This document shows positions 63,344 to 64,000 of a DNA stretch of 64,000 nt, piece after piece. The stretch spans positions 128,001-192,000 of the forward strand of contig CAVXTM010000010.1 in the NCBI GenBank assembly GCA_963764725.1, read 5' to 3'. This DNA comes from an uncultured Gammaproteobacteria bacterium (GTDB lineage Bacteria; Pseudomonadota; Gammaproteobacteria; JACCXJ01). The notes below the pieces were generated by a model. It was given only the letters and a program-made list of their open reading frames with translations, was not told the DNA's origin and did no database searches. Both the position numbers and the translations under genes were made by a program. The first letter of the stretch is position 1; the number at the start of each line of letters is the position of its first letter.

Positions 63344-64000
63344 ATGAGACCGGTCATCGTCATCATGGGCCGTCCCAACGTGGGCAAATCCACGTTGTTT
63401 AACCGCCTCACACGTAGCCGCGACGCACTGGTCGCGGATACCCCTGGGCTGACGCGCGATCGGATCTACGGGGCTGCGATCCACCGGGGCCGCGCCTACC
63501 TGGCGGTCGATACGGGCGGACTTCGCGACGATCCGAGCGGCCTCGGCGGGCTCGTCACCGAACAATCGTTGCGCGCCGTACAAGAGGCCGATCTGGTCTT
63601 GTTCGTGGTCGATGCCCGGGAAGGACTGACCGGCCCCGACGAGTCGATCGCGCGCCGCTTACGATCGCTCGGACGGCCGATCCGGGTCGTGGTCAATAAA
63701 GCCGAGGCCATCGAGGATGACAGCGCCATCGCGGAGTTTCATAGCTTGGGGCTCGGCCAGCCGGTTGCGGTATCGAGCGCCCACGGCCAAGGGATGGACA
63801 CATTGCTCGATCTCGCCTTCGAGGCCTTACCGCGGGCCGAGACGGCCGTCGATGACGACGGTCCGCATTTACCAGGGATTAAGATCGCCGTGGTGGGCCG
63901 GCCCAACGTGGGCAAATCGACGCTGGTCAACCGCATCCTCGGTGAGGAACGGGTGCTGGTCTACGATCAACCGGGCACGACCCGCGACAGCGTCTTCGCC
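63344..64000 (+). CDS. der: Ribosome biogenesis GTPase Der, 3' end outside window
   Basis: Two GRPNVGKST motifs, DTGG, NKAE; follows bamB. Confidence 0.96.
   Translation, partial: MRPVIVIMGRPNVGKSTLFNRLTRSRDALVADTPGLTRDRIYGAAIHRGRAYLAVDTGGLRDDPSGLGGLVTEQSLRAVQEADLVLFVVDAREGLTGPDESIARRLRSLGRPIRVVVNKAEAIEDDSAIAEFHSLGLGQPVAVSSAHGQGMDTLLDLAFEALPRAETAVDDDGPHLPGIKIAVVGRPNVGKSTLVNRILGEERVLVYDQPGTTRDSVFA

Overview
The window comes from a Gammaproteobacterium, judged from gene order and protein motifs, and has four zones. (1) 1-11.8 kb is the distal end of an integron gene-cassette array with about 10 attC sites and no intI in the window. Its cassettes encode DUF4145, a membrane protein, an SDR, MntP twice, BrnT/antitoxin, a DHFR-like protein and TspO. 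The array is parasitised by two copies of a 2.5-kb element encoding a tyrosine recombinase plus an IS91-family HUH transposase, and by an internally deleted group IIC intron; it ends in IS481 and IS30 debris. The IS91/recombinase element sits inverted exactly after the AAC of the attC R'' box and carries its own 57-bp attC-like hairpin, so both of its junctions look like recombination sites. This is the most interesting system in the window. (2) 12-31 kb holds a frameshifted DUF748 gene, a decayed insert bounded by duplicated gene fragments, miaB-phoH-ybeY-corC-lnt-lptG, a nitrite/sulfite reductase with a C-terminal extension, and a REP-bracketed hotspot containing an IS50/Tn5-like IS and an IS256. 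(3) 32-46 kb is a mosaic LPS core biosynthesis cluster with several frameshifted genes and insertion scars. (4) 46-64 kb is conserved core genome: pcm, TPP riboswitch-thiC, cysE, iscR-suf operon, and ndk-rlmN-pilW-rodZ-hisS-yfgM-bamB-der, with ispG missing from its usual position. All calls were made by eye from motifs; no database searches were run.
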